Shown: positions 63,158-64,000 of the stretch, piece by piece | Layout of the letters: every line of letters starts with the position of its first letter | Numbering within the stretch: position 1 is the first letter of the stretch | Assembly: GCA_951406725.2 (NCBI GenBank) | Contig: OX597827.1 | Coordinates: forward strand, 60,822,001 to 60,886,000 | Direction: 5' to 3' | Length of the DNA: 64,000 nt | Origin: Octopus vulgaris | Taxonomy: Eukaryota | Notes under the pieces: model-generated | The model's database searches: none | What the model was told of the DNA's origin: nothing | The model's input: the letters and a program-made list of their open reading frames with translations, nothing else | Program-made: the position numbers and the translations under genes

Positions 63158-64000
63158 CCTGTGTTTGTCCTCCCACCATCGCTTGACAATTAATGTTGGT
63201 GTGCTTACGTACCCATAACTTAGCGGTACAGCAAAAGAGACCGATAGAACAAGTACTAGGTTTACAAAGAATAAGTCCTGGTTCGATTTCTTCAACTGAA
63301 AAATCCTTTAAGACAGTGCTCCACCATGGCTGTAGTCAAATGACTGAAACAAGTAAAAAAGTAAATGAATAAAAAAAATGGTAAGGTTGGTCTCAATTGC
63401 AATCTTCAGTCCAAGAGAGCAAAGGGTAAAAATTAGATCTCTCCTAAGCCTGTCTAGGATATGTCTGCTAACATGCCTGAAGATGACTAAAGCATCCTGC
63501 TTGCATTCACAATAACTTAAAATTCACATGATACTTAGTCACATCCTTTTTCAGTTCAAATACCAAGATCAACTTTGTCTATCATCATCTATTTAATAGT
63601 TAGCTTTTATTTTATATAATTTACTTGTTTCATTCATTTGATTGTGGCCATGCTTGGGCACCGCCTTGAAGGGTTTTAGTCAAACAAATTGACCCCAGGA
63701 CTTATTTTTTTGAAGCCTAGTAATTATCTTTTGCTTAACCACTAAGTTGCTGAGATCCTTTTCGGTCCTGACTGACCATGGATTGCATCTAGGAAGTTAC
63801 AGTCCCAAGCACAAGTCCGGGCAAGGTTGTTTATGGAAGACCAGCAGTTGCCTATGCATACCGGCCTCCCCTCTTCACGCCACCGATGTTATCCAAGGGA
63901 AAGGCAAAGGGGCCGATATAGCTTGGCACCAGTGACATCGCAATTCATTTCTACAGCTGAGTGAACTGGAGCAACGTGAGGGAGATAAACAGTAAAGAAT

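Overview
AT-rich, microsatellite- and transposon-dense eukaryotic DNA. The SINE repertoire, (TA)n/(CA)n/(ATT)n load and gene layout suggest a cephalopod, probably Octopus (inference). The only host protein-coding gene I can support is dymeclin (DYM) on the minus strand. Eight coding exons (23372 to 924) splice GT-AG with consistent phases into 378 codons beginning MGAAGSSFSDLPTNDYLKQLSG, and the gene runs off the left edge. A CpG-enriched region at about 44.8-48.8 kb, with ETS and TGACGTGG motifs and candidate donors near 48.35 kb, is the likely promoter and non-coding first exon (inference). The rest is repeats: four tRNA-derived SINE types, RTE, Tx1/L1-like and R4/Dong LINE relics, a DD34D mariner nested in an RTE LINE, piggyBac, pogo/Tc2, PIF, hAT and Helitron non-autonomous elements, and a young Penelope-like (GIY-YIG) insertion with 346/347-bp inverted pLTRs. 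The most notable signal is about ten type-I hammerhead-ribozyme motifs between 1.9 and 34.8 kb, mostly in fold-back or (TA)n-embedded Penelope-like modules. They have short, mostly palindromic stem III (ACAGCTGT, ACGT, AATATT), and several have non-canonical cores (a compensatory G3:C8 swap, U4C, A9C). All folds were done by eye and no activity has been shown.
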